NCBI GenBank assembly: GCA_012026655.1
Contig: JAAILG010000428.1
Coordinates: 1 to 64,000 of the forward strand
Source of the DNA: Hydrolagus affinis
Lineage: Eukaryota
Length of the DNA: 64,000 bases
Direction of reading: 5' to 3'
Position 1 is the stretch's first letter. The number at the start of each line of letters is the position of its first letter. Below, one piece after another: positions 62,663 through 64,000 of this stretch. Below the pieces are notes generated by a model. It was given only the letters and a program-made list of their open reading frames with translations, did no database searches and was not told the DNA's origin. Both the position numbers and the translations under genes were made by a program.

Positions 62663-64000
62663 GTATTTGATGGGTAAATGATTGCCAAGTCATAGTGGAA
62701 TTGTACCCTGTGACAATTTAACAAGGCAATGAAAGGGGGCTATGATGGTTTTGTTCAATGTGACTCTCTATATGGATAGTTAATGGAAAGATTGTTGCCA
62801 TTAAAAGCTTAAAGGTATAGGGAGGAAAGAACATTTTCAAGGATATGTTGGAATTTGGAAGCATAACACACTGATAACACATAACACACTGTGGTATAGC
62901 GTTTCCCTCTTTATCCAGTCACTGGAGTCCTGATTGGTTCTCTTTGTGACTTGATTCTTTGAATTGCTGGTTTCTTGCTGGTTTAAACAATTATTTTAGG
63001 CAGAAAAATCAGGCTATGGGCTAATTAATTGTCAGCTGAACAAATGGCTGTTTGCGTTTGGTATTGAAAATTATGATAACGTTCGCTAATGAAATGCATT
63101 GAATTAATAGCAGTCATTGGATATTATGAGGCTTCCTGACTTTTCACTTCATGTAAATGGACTATAACATTGATTTTAATGAGATTTAATCTGGTGACAA
63201 AGAAACGACTATTATTAACTTTGTATAACTGGGATCAATGCAATGGACGTGCTGACATTGCAGCTGTTCCGGCCTTCACTCCCTTCTTGTGGCCTTTGAG
63301 GGTTAATGCAGCTTTTGGAATCGATGCACGTACTGGCAAATAGCTCCCCTTCTCCCAGTCAAATTGGCTTAAAATGCTTTGTTTTGTCCAAGCACCGTGA
63401 ACTGATAATATAAATGGAGATATTCCATCACAGTTTGTTCCCTGCTGTTTTAAAGAGGGAATGTCACTGTCGTGGCAGAGTTTCCAGGCAGATTGACGGT
63501 CTTTAACAGCCCGGCTGAGAGTCCACAGCGGCCTGGGTACACTTGTCTTGCAGCAGGTGGTGCGTGTGCTGTGATGGGAAAGGTTGTAATGTAGTTTAAC
63601 TCCAGTCATCTAATGTGGTTTGGTGATCACATGGCTATGGTGGTTTTCAGGAAGCTCAAAAATAGTATTGTTGTACTACAGAGCTTTCCTATGCACAAAG
63701 AACAATCTCTGCTCAGGAGTGTGATTAACTCGATCTTGCCATATGACAATATCCCTTTAAAATCTACCCTTTCTCTGCCTAGAACGCATGCTATATAGTT
63801 GTACCTCTTATGTGAACTCTCTTGAATCTTAAACAAGAAAGTCACACATTGTATTAGTGGATGGTGAAGTCAAATATAATTTCCATTGTACTTTTCATGA
63901 TGTGATTTGGAAGCATGATATGCATTTATTAATGCAAGAAGTCTCTCCGATTAATAAATGGCCCCATTCTTCACTTGCTAATCAATCAGACACGTTGCTG

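Overview
Eukaryotic, vertebrate, largely non-coding DNA. It is most likely from a cartilaginous fish, and the repeat complement resembles what I recall for elephant shark/chimaera (not database-checked). I recognise no intact protein-coding gene, structural RNA gene or CRISPR array, and the listed ORFs are chance ORFs or retrotransposon debris. The window contains decayed L2 and CR1 LINE fragments, about 15 copies of a tRNA-headed SINE with an L2-like tail, two Deu-domain SINE relics and an older SINE family. It also holds several non-autonomous DNA transposons: Tigger/pogo-like TA-target MITEs, including a MITE nested in a MITE and MITEs inserted in SINEs, and hAT-like MITEs with an 8-bp TSD. 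Repeat-free blocks between them look like conserved non-coding elements. The most notable non-repeat signals are all on the + strand: a textbook recursive-splicing junction (polyY-TAG|GTAAGT at 4248-4255) and two short ATG-initiated, phase-2 candidate alternative first coding exons (13225-13277 and 50510-50571, the second downstream of promoter-like motifs). Together they suggest the window lies within the very long 5' introns of a multi-promoter + strand gene. This is an inference that needs RNA-seq. I found no firm evidence for a wholly new biological system.
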